Assembly (NCBI GenBank): GCA_963721805.1
Contig: CAVRJY010000004.1
Location: 1 to 64,000, forward strand
Direction: 5' to 3'
DNA length: 64,000 nucleotides
Origin: Nitrospirota bacterium
Lineage (GTDB): Bacteria > Nitrospirota > Thermodesulfovibrionia > Thermodesulfovibrionales > JdFR-86
Part shown: positions 27,809-36,082 of the stretch, piece after piece
How the letters are laid out: each line of letters starts with the position of its first letter
How positions within the stretch are numbered: the stretch's first letter is position 1
Program-made: the position numbers and the translations under genes
The notes under the pieces: generated by a model
What the model saw: the letters and a program-made list of their open reading frames with translations, nothing else
Told to the model about the DNA's origin: nothing
Databases searched by the model: none

Positions 27809-28267
27809 CTATTGCGATTTCTTAATTAAATACGCTTTTAACCACAATTCATAAATCAACTTGAAACCATCTACTTTTGACTTTACGGTTTTCTCATCTC
27901 TCTTATCAGAACCAACTAGATCATACAGATAGCCAGGATTTTTCATGGCAAGTCGCATCAGGTTGTTGACGTCCATGGGATCGCCAGCATAGGATTCCAC
28001 AATAAATTTGGCGCAAGAAATAAAAGACTGGTCTTTAATAAATTTTTTATATTGGACGACGATATATTCTGTGCTGATGAGACAAAAATAATCAATCAGA
28101 TTACCGTCGAATGATATTTCCTTCATTTCCTTATAGCCGCTTTGAATAGCCCCTTTAGTCAGGCTTAAATCCTCTATGGTCATAGTTTCATCCAACGGAA
28201 AAGAACCGAGTTTTTGCAAGAACTCATAGTATTTTGCGTAGCGTTCCAATACGACTTTTGTTTCCAT
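27809..28267 (-). CDS. Hypothetical protein (element cargo)
   Basis: 152-aa ORF in AT-rich DNA, divergent from the main operon; no motif recognised. Confidence 0.65.
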   Translation of the reverse strand: METKVVLERYAKYYEFLQKLGSFPLDETMTIEDLSLTKGAIQSGYKEMKEISFDGNLIDYFCLISTEYIVVQYKKFIKDQSFISCAKFIVESYAGDPMDVNNLMRLAMKNPGYLYDLVGSDKRDEKTVKSKVDGFKLIYELWLKAYLIKKSQ

Positions 28268-28291
28268 AATGGAATTCTACATCAAGAGAAG

Positions 28292-28370
28292 ATATTTAGT
28301 CCAGTATATTGCATGTTTCTGCCCATACAGAAAATGTTTACTTGACAACGGAATATGTTTCTATTATTAT
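28292..28370 (+). promoter_or_regulatory. Sigma70 promoter overlapped by four 21-bp-periodic direct repeats
   Basis: TTGACA (28342-47), 17 bp, TATTAT (28365-70); AT(G/A)TTT(A/C) at 28292, 28313, 28334 and 28355. Confidence 0.75.
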
Positions 28371-28393
28371 TTAAATATAGAAAGGGGGCAAAG

Positions 28394-28933
28394 ATGGATG
28401 TCCTAGAAATTATGCAATCTCTTAAAATCGCTGACAGTAAATCCCTCGGCGAAATCTTGCTGGCTCGGAATGTTTATTCGACCCTTCAATCCGCTCGCGT
28501 CAACGCCCAGAAAAAACTCAACGAACTTGTCGCCCAAGGTGCGCTCGAAAAGGGCGCTGGTTACTATCGTGTTATAGGAAACCGGTCAGAGTTCCACGAC
28601 CACTCCCGCTTTTTAACAAAACTCCTCGCCGAGCTTTACAAACTCCCAGACATCGAACCTCGTATTTTTAGGGAACATGTTATCGACGAGGTTGGACTGC
28701 GCCCGGACGCTATCTGTGTTTTAATCAAACATAATCGCGGCGTTTGCCTGATATTGGAGGCAATCTTAAATGAACCAGAAAAATATCTAGAAATGAAGCG
28801 CACCACCTGGACTCACTGGGAAGGTGCGACTGACTATTTATCCAAGTTGTTCGGTTACAAAATCCCCCACTACGAGATTGTTCCCATAACCGTCCTTGAC
28901 GAGTTCATTTCTTACTTAAAGGAGGCAGTATGA
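28394..28933 (+). CDS. Replication-relaxation (Replic_Relax)-like protein: wHTH plus PD-(D/E)xK-type domain
   Basis: N-terminal helix-turn-helix/wing (AQKKLNELVAQGALEK...YYRV), HDH, LRPDA, LEA...E....K pattern; SD aaggggg before ATG 28394. Confidence 0.55.
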   Translation: MDVLEIMQSLKIADSKSLGEILLARNVYSTLQSARVNAQKKLNELVAQGALEKGAGYYRVIGNRSEFHDHSRFLTKLLAELYKLPDIEPRIFREHVIDEVGLRPDAICVLIKHNRGVCLILEAILNEPEKYLEMKRTTWTHWEGATDYLSKLFGYKIPHYEIVPITVLDEFISYLKEAV

Positions 28934-29217
28934 GCCATGTCGCTGTATTTTTGTGTTTCGTGTTGTTGTTGTTCTCGGTAGGGATGGCAGCTAGATCACC
29001 TGAACAACCGATCATGGTTGGAAAGGTGACGGAACCCGTTAAAACCATCAAACAAAAGGAGGTGTCTAAACGACTAATCGACCAGTGGTATTCACAAGGC
29101 TACAGCCATTCAATGAACAGTAACCCGGACATTATCACGATCTATACGCCTTTCGGACTCGTGAAGGCTTATAGGCAAGGACAAGACGACGCAAAAAACA
29201 ACAGGAGGCAAAAATGA
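28930..29217 (+). CDS. Small secreted or membrane-anchored hypothetical protein
   Basis: N-terminal hydrophobic stretch; ATGA overlap with the upstream gene; SD ggagg. Confidence 0.7.
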   Translation: MSHVAVFLCFVLLLFSVGMAARSPEQPIMVGKVTEPVKTIKQKEVSKRLIDQWYSQGYSHSMNSNPDIITIYTPFGLVKAYRQGQDDAKNNRRQK

Positions 29218-29414
29218 CACACGAGTACTGGCTGTATGTAGCAATCGGCGCAAGTTTCGTGCTGGGTGGGCTGATTTTCTTCAAACTGGGAAAGTCCTCA
29301 GGGATGAAGGAATGCCTTTCCCTTCAACAGAGAATGGAGTCCACAAAGATGTGGGCAGAAATACTCAAGAACGTGACTTCAAAGAACGCGCAAAAGGAGG
29401 AGCCTAATGTCTGA
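29214..29414 (+). CDS. Small single-TM hypothetical protein
   Basis: One TM helix followed by a basic segment; SD aggagg; overlapping start/stop. Confidence 0.7.
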   Translation: MTHEYWLYVAIGASFVLGGLIFFKLGKSSGMKECLSLQQRMESTKMWAEILKNVTSKNAQKEEPNV

Positions 29415-29889
29415 TATCACACCTAACCCTCAAATACCTGCTATGCCAATGGAGTTGTTTACCAACGCTATGCCGGTGATCAATCCTCAAATGGACTGGT
29501 CGCAAGGTCTAATCTCTGGATTCGTCCATGAGGCTAAAACCCAGCAAAGGGCAAGAGTCGCCACATTAGAAGCAGACATCAGCGAAGCGAAGGAACGTAA
29601 CTCAAGTGCCGTGCTGAGAATGATGCAGAACTTCATGACCTATAGCACAGAAACAGACTTGCGCTTCAAACGGGCTGACCATGAGAAAGAAAAGTTAGCC
29701 CACGAAAAGTATTTGTGGGGCATAGAAAAGGAAAACGCCGTAATAGCTAGGGATACCGGCCAAGCCAACTTGGTTAACCTCCAACTCAAAAACATGCTGT
29801 TAAAGACGGAGGTTGAAATATCGGCGGTTGACTTAAAAGGAAGACTAAAGGAAATGGAGGCGATGTACGGTGGACCTGAATCGGCTTAA
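29407..29889 (+). CDS. Coiled-coil hypothetical protein
   Basis: 160-aa ORF with SD aggagg; heptad-like helical C-terminal half. Confidence 0.7.
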   Translation: MSDITPNPQIPAMPMELFTNAMPVINPQMDWSQGLISGFVHEAKTQQRARVATLEADISEAKERNSSAVLRMMQNFMTYSTETDLRFKRADHEKEKLAHEKYLWGIEKENAVIARDTGQANLVNLQLKNMLLKTEVEISAVDLKGRLKEMEAMYGGPESA

Positions 29890-30973
29890 GATCGGGTTAA
29901 GCACCGACTACGTTCCTATCTACATAGACGGCAAAGATAGATATAAAGCCATAACCGCTGTCGGCAAGACAGGAGGAGGAAAGAGCGCGTTGATAACTAA
30001 CTGCGTCCAACAGGACGGTTACTATAACCACTCCAAGATAATCATTGAACCCTCAGGGTTTCTGGCTCAGGACTGTTACTCGATCCTTAAGGGAAAGGCG
30101 CTGTATTGTTCACTGGATAACCCAGTGTCAATTAACCCAATGCAAGCGCCATATAACCCTAACCAGATTTCTGATAATGTGGCAGAGGCGCTTAATCAGG
30201 TTATAGCCTTAACGACACCCAACACACCCTTTACTGTGAAGATGAGGGCAATACTAGACTCAGCGGTTAAGTGGTGTTTGGGAAATAACCGACGCAGCCT
30301 GTTACATGTCAGAGACTATATCAACAACCTGAAAGGAGAAGGAGAAACAAGGGACGGCATTATTCAGCGGCTTAACTTCCTACTCAACGATGAAGGTATG
30401 CAGCCTATTCTGTGCGGCAATAACTCCGTTGAATGGGGACAGTTAATCGCCGAGGGTAAATCCCTGATATTCGATGCTTTCGGGATGAGCAGGGAAAAGA
30501 TGATATTCGCAGGAAATATCATCAGCCAAGGGGTCAAGAACTATTTCCGTTACGAGCGCCCCAAGGAGTCTAAACCGGTCTCTATGTGTGTGGACGAGTG
30601 CCACCTATTCATTAACTTTAACTTCATGGACATTCTAAAGGAGGGCAGGAAGTTCAAACTAGGGGCTGTCCTGGCTACGCAGGACTTTGCCATGATCGAT
30701 GACAAGATGGCGAGGGTTATGTGCAACGTGGGAACACTGTTGGCTTTCCGGCTCGGAGCAAGAGAAGCTCAGATTATCGGCAGGGAAATGGACTGTTCAC
30801 CACAAACTCTCCAGTTCCTTGAAAAATACCATGTCGCATACATGACACCCAAGGAAAGGGGGATAGCCAAAGCGCCCAGGCCACCGCTATTTAAGAAGCT
30901 GGAAGTTAACCGGGTGGAACCCAAAGTTAAATCAGCAGGATGGTTTGACCTTGAGTCCTACCAACCAGCATGA
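29870..30973 (+). CDS. VirD4/TraD/HerA-like P-loop ATPase without TM anchor
   Basis: Walker A GKTGGGKS, Walker B VDECH, EGRKF...LATQ, NVGTLLAFR. Confidence 0.85.
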   Translation: MDLNRLKIGLSTDYVPIYIDGKDRYKAITAVGKTGGGKSALITNCVQQDGYYNHSKIIIEPSGFLAQDCYSILKGKALYCSLDNPVSINPMQAPYNPNQISDNVAEALNQVIALTTPNTPFTVKMRAILDSAVKWCLGNNRRSLLHVRDYINNLKGEGETRDGIIQRLNFLLNDEGMQPILCGNNSVEWGQLIAEGKSLIFDAFGMSREKMIFAGNIISQGVKNYFRYERPKESKPVSMCVDECHLFINFNFMDILKEGRKFKLGAVLATQDFAMIDDKMARVMCNVGTLLAFRLGAREAQIIGREMDCSPQTLQFLEKYHVAYMTPKERGIAKAPRPPLFKKLEVNRVEPKVKSAGWFDLESYQPA

Positions 30974-31140
30974 CCACCATATCAAGCTGTCGGTCTCCGC
31001 GAATGCTCATAGGCAAGGAGCTGAAACTCCGTCCCTTCACTGGGACTAACCGCAAGGTTATGGGGACTCTTATAAAGTGGAGACGGGAAACGTTCCTCTG
31101 GGTAAGAGCAGGGAGCGTTTTCTTAAAGGACAAACTTTAG
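30970..31140 (+). CDS. Possible 56-aa ORF coupled to the ATPase (overlaps a hairpin-rich region)
   Basis: ATGA overlap with the ATPase stop; open to TAG at 31138-31140; below the ORF-track cutoff. Confidence 0.3.
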   Translation: MTTISSCRSPRMLIGKELKLRPFTGTNRKVMGTLIKWRRETFLWVRAGSVFLKDKL

Positions 31141-31195
31141 TGGCCTCGGCCCCCATCGTGGGGCCGAGGCTAACACCCAAAGGAGGAACACGCAG

Positions 31196-31339
31196 ATGTA
31201 CAGGCTAATGTTGAAGGTGTATACATGGATTCGCGTTCATCTTAAACGAGAGAAGAAGACTGAAGTGTGGCATATACCTTATTCGACGCTGATACGCACA
31301 GAATACGACAAGATAAAAACGCAAAAGTACCTTACTTAA
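31196..31339 (+). CDS. Small 47-aa basic protein upstream of xis
   Basis: SD aggagg, then MYRLMLKVYTWIRVHLKREKK...QKYLT*; stop is 1 nt before the xis ATG. Confidence 0.55.
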   Translation: MYRLMLKVYTWIRVHLKREKKTEVWHIPYSTLIRTEYDKIKTQKYLT

Positions 31340-31340
31340 T

Positions 31341-31673
31341 ATGGAGCTTTTGACCGCTGACCAAGTAGCCGAACTCATAAAAGCCAGTAAATGGTTTGTG
31401 TACAGACACTACCAGGAACTCGGCGGGTTCAAACTCGGCTCATTGGTCAGGTTCGAAAAATCCACTGTGGAGGTGATACTCAATGACAGTCTACAGGCAT
31501 CAAGGGAAATGGCGCTTCGACTTTCTGAAAGGAGGTCGGAGGTTCAAGGGCGGGGGTTATCCGACGAAACAGGAGGCTCGGAGTGCCGAAGCCGAGGCCA
31601 GAAAACATGTCAGAAAGACGAGTTTGGACTTTATAAAGCTCTGCGCCAGCCGCCTAAGGGAACTAAAGGCTAA
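31341..31673 (+). CDS. Excisionase-like HTH protein; C-terminal tail overlaps the integrase
   Basis: MELLTADQVAELIKASKWFVYRH...GGFKLGSLVRF is an HTH_17/Xis pattern. Confidence 0.78.
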   Translation: MELLTADQVAELIKASKWFVYRHYQELGGFKLGSLVRFEKSTVEVILNDSLQASREMALRLSERRSEVQGRGLSDETGGSECRSRGQKTCQKDEFGLYKALRQPPKGTKG

Positions 31674-32453
31674 GCGCACCCAGAAGTACCTCAAAGAGAA
31701 CCTGTCGTTCTTGAAAAAGTTAATTGCCCCTTGGGGCACAAAAAGGAGGTGACACGTGAAGATGTTGAAGCCTATCTCAACGAGAGGGCTTTGAAGTCCG
31801 CAAATGTAGCCAACAAGGAACTCCGTTTTATCAAGGCACTCTTTAGCCACGGAGAAGAAAGGGGTATGTCGGGTAATCCAGCCAGCAAGGTTAAGCCTTA
31901 TCCGATTTCAAAACAGCGGAAATACATCCCGCCAGAGGAAGACATTAGGGCAGTATTCGAAATAGCCGAGCCTTTGGATCGGTTATATCTGATGGTTATC
32001 GCTCAGACCCTTGGAAGAATCACGTCGGTTAATCAAATCCGCTGGTTAGATGTTAACTTCCGGGACAACTATGTCTCCCTCTATACGAGGAAGGCCAAGA
32101 ACTCAAACGTCAAGGAAATCCGCATCCCGATGAACAGGGTGCTGAGAGCCTGTTTTGAGAACATCCCACGCCAAGGAGAGTATGTGTTTATCAATCCAAA
32201 GACAAAGAAGCCGTATGGCTACCGCAGCAAGTTTCTCAAGACGCTATGCAGGAAAGCCAATGTTCAGGTTTTCGGTTATCACTCGCTCAGGCATTTCGGA
32301 GCCTCTCGGTTGGACAACAAAGGTGCAGCTCTAAGCGACATTCAAAAAATCCTTGGCCATGAAAAAGCCAGCACAACGGCTATCTACCTTCAGAGCTTAA
32401 CAGGAAGCGTGGAGAAGACCGTGGAGCTGCTTGAAGACCTAAGTCACCCCTAA
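31483..32453 (+). CDS. Tyrosine recombinase/integrase, one-base frameshift at ~31735-31745
   Basis: N-terminal arm-binding domain (KWRFDF...GYPTKQEA) in one frame; catalytic R (LGRI), K, HSLRH, LGH and Y (TAIY) in the -1 frame. Confidence 0.92.
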
Positions 32454-32464
32454 AGTCACCCCTA
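32441..32464 (+). repeat. Perfect 12-bp tandem repeat AAGTCACCCCTA x2, candidate integrase arm-binding sites
   Basis: Copies at 32441-32452 and 32453-32464, between the int end and the tRNA 3' end. Confidence 0.65.
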
Positions 32465-32469
32465 CCGAT

Positions 32470-32503
32470 AAAAAAAGGGCTTGCGAAATCCTCGCAAACC
32501 CTT
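32470..32503 (-). terminator. Rho-independent terminator downstream of tRNA-Thr
   Basis: Minus strand AAGGGTTTGCGA-GGATT-TCGCAAGCCCTT followed by a T tract. Confidence 0.75.
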
Positions 32504-32514
32504 GGTATTAATGA

Positions 32515-32586
32515 AGCCGGGAATGGGAGTCGAACCCACGACCTGCTGATTACGAATCAGCTGCTCTGCCTCTGAGCTATCCCGGC
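32515..32586 (-). tRNA. tRNA-Thr(CGT), CCA not encoded
   Basis: GCCGGGATAGCTCAG...CTGATTCGTAATCAG...GGTTCGACTCCC...TCCCGGCT cloverleaf, anticodon CGT. Confidence 0.96.
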
Positions 32587-32672
32587 TGAAATAGAAAATT
32601 TACTATAGATGATGGTGTTTTTTCAATCCGGCTGCCCTGCCCCGCCCTTTGCGGCGCCCTCCCCCACCGCGC

Positions 32673-32714
32673 TTGACTCCATCGGACCGACAGGGTATAA
32701 TGTGCATATGCACA
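32673..32714 (+). promoter_or_regulatory. Sigma70 promoter with a palindromic operator over the start site
   Basis: TTGACT (32673), 17 bp, TATAAT (32696-32701); perfect palindrome TGTGCATATGCACA at 32701-32714. Confidence 0.82.
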
Positions 32715-32732
32715 ATTCGCAAGGACGGTTCC

Positions 32733-33038
32733 ATGCCGCGCAATAAAAAACCCCGCACCTGCGGGTGCAGCTTCATGGGCAGGGCATACAAGCCCACCGG
32801 CAAGCCGATGAGCGAACTGCAGCGCGTACCTATCGCCGAGGACGAGCTAGAGGCGCTGAGGCTTTGTGACTTGCAGGGGCTCTCGCAGGCCGAGGCAGGG
32901 GTACGCATGGGCGTATCGCGCGGTACGGTGCAACGCATATTGGCCTCGGCGCGCCGAAAGACCGCCGACGCCCTCACCGGCTGCAAGGCGCTTGTGCTCG
33001 AACACACACTATGCAAAAATTCAGGCAAGGAGGATTAG
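32733..33038 (+). CDS. DUF134 family DNA-binding protein
   Basis: MPRNKKPR, YKPTG, DELEALRLCDLQGLSQAEAGVRMGVSRGT, ARRKTADAL. Confidence 0.9.
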   Translation: MPRNKKPRTCGCSFMGRAYKPTGKPMSELQRVPIAEDELEALRLCDLQGLSQAEAGVRMGVSRGTVQRILASARRKTADALTGCKALVLEHTLCKNSGKED

Positions 33039-33043
33039 AGAGG

Positions 33044-33424
33044 ATGAAGATCGGATTCCCTGTAGGCAGCCCCGAGGGGCTGCAAAGCGAGGTTTACGGG
33101 CATTTCGGCTCGGCCCCGGCATTCGTGATCGTAGACAGCGAGGGCGGGGTGCGCACGCTCGTTAACGCCGACGCCGTGCACACGCACGGGCAGTGCAGCC
33201 CGATCCGCGCGCTCGGGGGCGAGGCAGTCGACGGCATCGTCGTGGGCGGCATCGGGGCCGGAGCGCTTGGCAAGCTCATGTCCATGGGCATCGCGGTATT
33301 CAAGGCCGGGGCCCCGAGCATCGAGGCCAACCTCGCCCTGCTAGGCGAGGGCAAGCTCACGCGCATGAACCCGATGATGACCTGCGGCGGACACAGCGGC
33401 GGCGAAGGCTGCTCGCACCACTAA
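33044..33424 (+). CDS. NifB/NifX-family (FeMo-co binding-like) protein
   Basis: YGHFGSAPAF, VGGIGAGA, C-terminal CGGH...CSHH. Confidence 0.88.
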   Translation: MKIGFPVGSPEGLQSEVYGHFGSAPAFVIVDSEGGVRTLVNADAVHTHGQCSPIRALGGEAVDGIVVGGIGAGALGKLMSMGIAVFKAGAPSIEANLALLGEGKLTRMNPMMTCGGHSGGEGCSHH

Positions 33425-33438
33425 AAGAAGGAGAAATA

Positions 33439-33801
33439 ATGGCAAGGACTCTGGAACTCACCAATGAACTGCGCGCGCTGGGGTATATGTGCGGTGTGCT
33501 CACCACTCAGCTGACCGACCCGGTCTGCTGCGACTGCAGGAAGATGCCCTCGACGCACTCAACGCTCTCGGCCCACGTGGCCTCTCTCCAGGCCCTGTCC
33601 GAGGGAAACCTCAATGAGGCCGAGCTTAAGCGCCTCAATGCTATGGCCGAGGTGCTCGCGGCCTCGTCCCTTCCGGTCGAGCCCAAGCCCCAGCGCAAGG
33701 TCGGGACATGCAACCTGCCCGGGGGCGAGTGCATCATAAAGCACTCGCGCAACCTATATAAACGCATACAGGGAATCGCGGAGGGCGGAAGCCATGAGTG
33801 A
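33439..33801 (+). CDS. Cys-rich hypothetical protein
   Basis: SD aaggag; YMCG, CCDC, C-x6-C motifs. Confidence 0.7.
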   Translation: MARTLELTNELRALGYMCGVLTTQLTDPVCCDCRKMPSTHSTLSAHVASLQALSEGNLNEAELKRLNAMAEVLAASSLPVEPKPQRKVGTCNLPGGECIIKHSRNLYKRIQGIAEGGSHE

Positions 33802-34168
33802 CAAGAAATTCGTATTCATCCTCACCTCGTCTTTCGACAGGCCGGACGCTATGGCCGGGGCGATGCAGCTTGCGGTTAACATGAAGGCCTTCGACGCGGA
33901 GCTGGACTTCTTCCTTATGGACAGCGCCGCGCTGCTGGCGAAGAAGGGCTTCGCAGAGTCAGTCACCTGGCAGAAGAAGGACGAGTTCTCGCCGCTCGCG
34001 GAACTGGTCAGGACGCTCACCGAGGACTTCGGCGTCAAGTTCTACGTCTGCGCCTCGTGCGTCAAGGCCAACGGGATCGACGCCACGAACCTCATCCCGA
34101 ACGCCGAGATAAAGCCCGGCTCGTTCCTCGGCGAGATGCTCATGGAACGCACCCCGCTTACGTTTTGA
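33794..34168 (+). CDS. DsrE/DsrF-like family protein
   Basis: FFLMDSA, GVKFYVCASC pattern. Confidence 0.8.
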   Translation: MSDKKFVFILTSSFDRPDAMAGAMQLAVNMKAFDAELDFFLMDSAALLAKKGFAESVTWQKKDEFSPLAELVRTLTEDFGVKFYVCASCVKANGIDATNLIPNAEIKPGSFLGEMLMERTPLTF

Positions 34169-34183
34169 TAGAATAGCTGTACA

Positions 34184-35360
34184 GTGCAGGACATAACCTC
34201 TTTGGCGGTGCTCAACCTGCGGCGCGCGCCCGCGCGCACCGCGGCGGTATTCATATACCTCGCGGCGATGGCCGGCGTGCTGTTCGTGGGAGGGGTGCTG
34301 TACCTGGGCGTGCTGGACGCCACATCTCGTGGCGCAGCCCGCTTGGGCGCGGACGCGATGGTCGTGCCCGGCCTCGCGCGGTGCCGACCTCTCTGACATC
34401 CTCCTTTCGGAGCGCGGGGCCAGGCCCGTAATGCCCGCGTCGAATGCCGAAAAGGTGCGGCTGATGCCCGAGGTCGCGAATGCGGCGGCCCAGCTCTATG
34501 TCAACTCAGGACCGCTTGCCTGCTGCGCGCTCTCGGACGTCCTTCTCGTCGGGTTCGACCAGGCGCATGACTTCACGCTCGCGCCCTGGCTGCGAGAGCG
34601 CATAGGCCGCACTTTAGCGGACGACGAGGTGATCGTAGGCTCCGGCATATCGGCCGAGCCCGGCGGGAAGATCGCGTTTTACGGGATGCTGTTTAAGGTC
34701 GCGGGAAAGCTCGAGCCCGCCGGGGTGGGCAAGCTCGACCTGACCGTATTTATCCCTCTGAGCGGGGCGCGCAAGATGCTCGCGGAGGCCGCGCTAAAAA
34801 GCCCCTCGCCGCCCTCCATAACCCCCGGCGACATATCTGTCGTGCTGGTGAAATTCAAGTCCGGCATCAACCCCGATGCAGCGGCGCTCGCTATCGAGTC
34901 CCGGCTGCCGGGGTTGCGCGTAGAGCTCGCTTCCCAAGCGATCACGAGGCTCCGCAGCTCCATGATGACCCCAGCATACGCTGTGCTCGCCGCGGGCGCG
35001 GCGCAATGGGCCTCAGGTATCGTGATGCTCTGGGCCGTATTCGGCTTCGTGCTCCAAAGCCGGAGGGCCGAGCTGAGCCTGATGCGCGCCGTAGGCGCCA
35101 AGCTTAAGGATATCAGGCGCATGGTCCTGCTCGAGACCGCCCTGCTGGGGGCCATTGCCTCGGCCGCCGGGATCGCGGCCGGAGGCCTGGTGCTGTGGGC
35201 CATGCCTGGGATGCCCTACCCCTCCGCTCCGGCCATATTTGCCGCGGCCATTGCCGCCGCAGGCATCTGCGTGCTCACCAGCCTCTCGGCCACGCTATAC
35301 CCGCTTCACCGCGCCACGGCCGCCTTCTCCCCCCATAGCGCGACGACCGCCGGCCTCTGA
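34184..35360 (+). CDS. MacB/FtsX-like ABC transporter permease, frameshift near 34380
   Basis: NLRRAPART, RLGADAMVVP, periplasmic domain, RRAELSLMRAVGA...ILLE-like FtsX motif. Confidence 0.82.
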
Positions 35361-35389
35361 TTGACAGCCGCCCGCACCTGTGATAGATT
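35361..35389 (+). promoter_or_regulatory. Sigma70 promoter of hsp20
   Basis: TTGACA, 17 bp, TAGATT with an extended -10 TG. Confidence 0.65.
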
Positions 35390-35442
35390 CTCTTCAGAGG
35401 GCCTGCAATCACTTCGAGGGGAGAGAAAAAGGAGCTGTAGCC

Positions 35443-35949
35443 ATGCCTACGGAGCTAAAGGAAAAGGGTAACGGGAAGAAGACCGGGGAGATCACGGTCT
35501 CTAAGCCCGGCGGGATCACCTCTATGTTCGACGAGATGGAGAGGATGTTCGGGGGCATCATGGGCCACGGCCTGATGCACCGCTTCATGCCCCCCTTCAA
35601 ATGGCCGTCGGAGTTCGAGATAGGCTACCCCTCGGTCGACATCTTCGAGGACGCCGACAAGGTGACGGTCAAGGCCGAGCTGCCGGGCGTTGAGAAAGAC
35701 GGCGTCAACGTCAGCGTCAACGAAGACCTGATCACTATCAGCGGCGAGAAGAACAAGGAAGAGAAGGTAGAGAAGAAAGATTACTACCGGCTCGAACGCT
35801 CATATGGCTCGTTCAGCCGCTCGCTGCGCCTCCCGGCCGAGGTCAAGGCCGACAAGGCTAGCGCGACGTTCAAAGACGGCGTGCTCGAGGTCACGCTCCC
35901 CAAAACTGAAAAAGGCAAGACAAAAGGCGTGAAGGTCGATATCAAGTAG
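35443..35949 (+). CDS. Hsp20/alpha-crystallin small heat-shock protein
   Basis: PSVDIFE, KAELPGV, ERSYGSFSRSLRLP, DGVLEVTLPK. Confidence 0.95.
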   Translation: MPTELKEKGNGKKTGEITVSKPGGITSMFDEMERMFGGIMGHGLMHRFMPPFKWPSEFEIGYPSVDIFEDADKVTVKAELPGVEKDGVNVSVNEDLITISGEKNKEEKVEKKDYYRLERSYGSFSRSLRLPAEVKADKASATFKDGVLEVTLPKTEKGKTKGVKVDIK

Positions 35950-36082
35950 CCTGTCTATTGCAAACGGCAAAGGCGGGCGGCCGCAGGCATGCTGCCGCCC
36001 GGGTGCCACGGGCACCTCTCAATTTCCTTCATTAACGATATCGAGATAACCTTAAGATAAGTTATACTATCAATTGCCGCTT

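Larger units (their letters stand above)
27563..32514. mobile_element. AT-rich integrative element at tRNA-Thr(CGT); left end not visible
   Basis: Visibly AT-richer than both flanks; xis plus tyrosine integrase next to the tRNA 3' end; ATPase and Replic_Relax-like genes. Confidence 0.85.

Noticed and set aside
33044..33424. Nitrogen fixation locus
   Set aside because: Only a NifX-like domain, which is common outside diazotrophs; no nifHDK.
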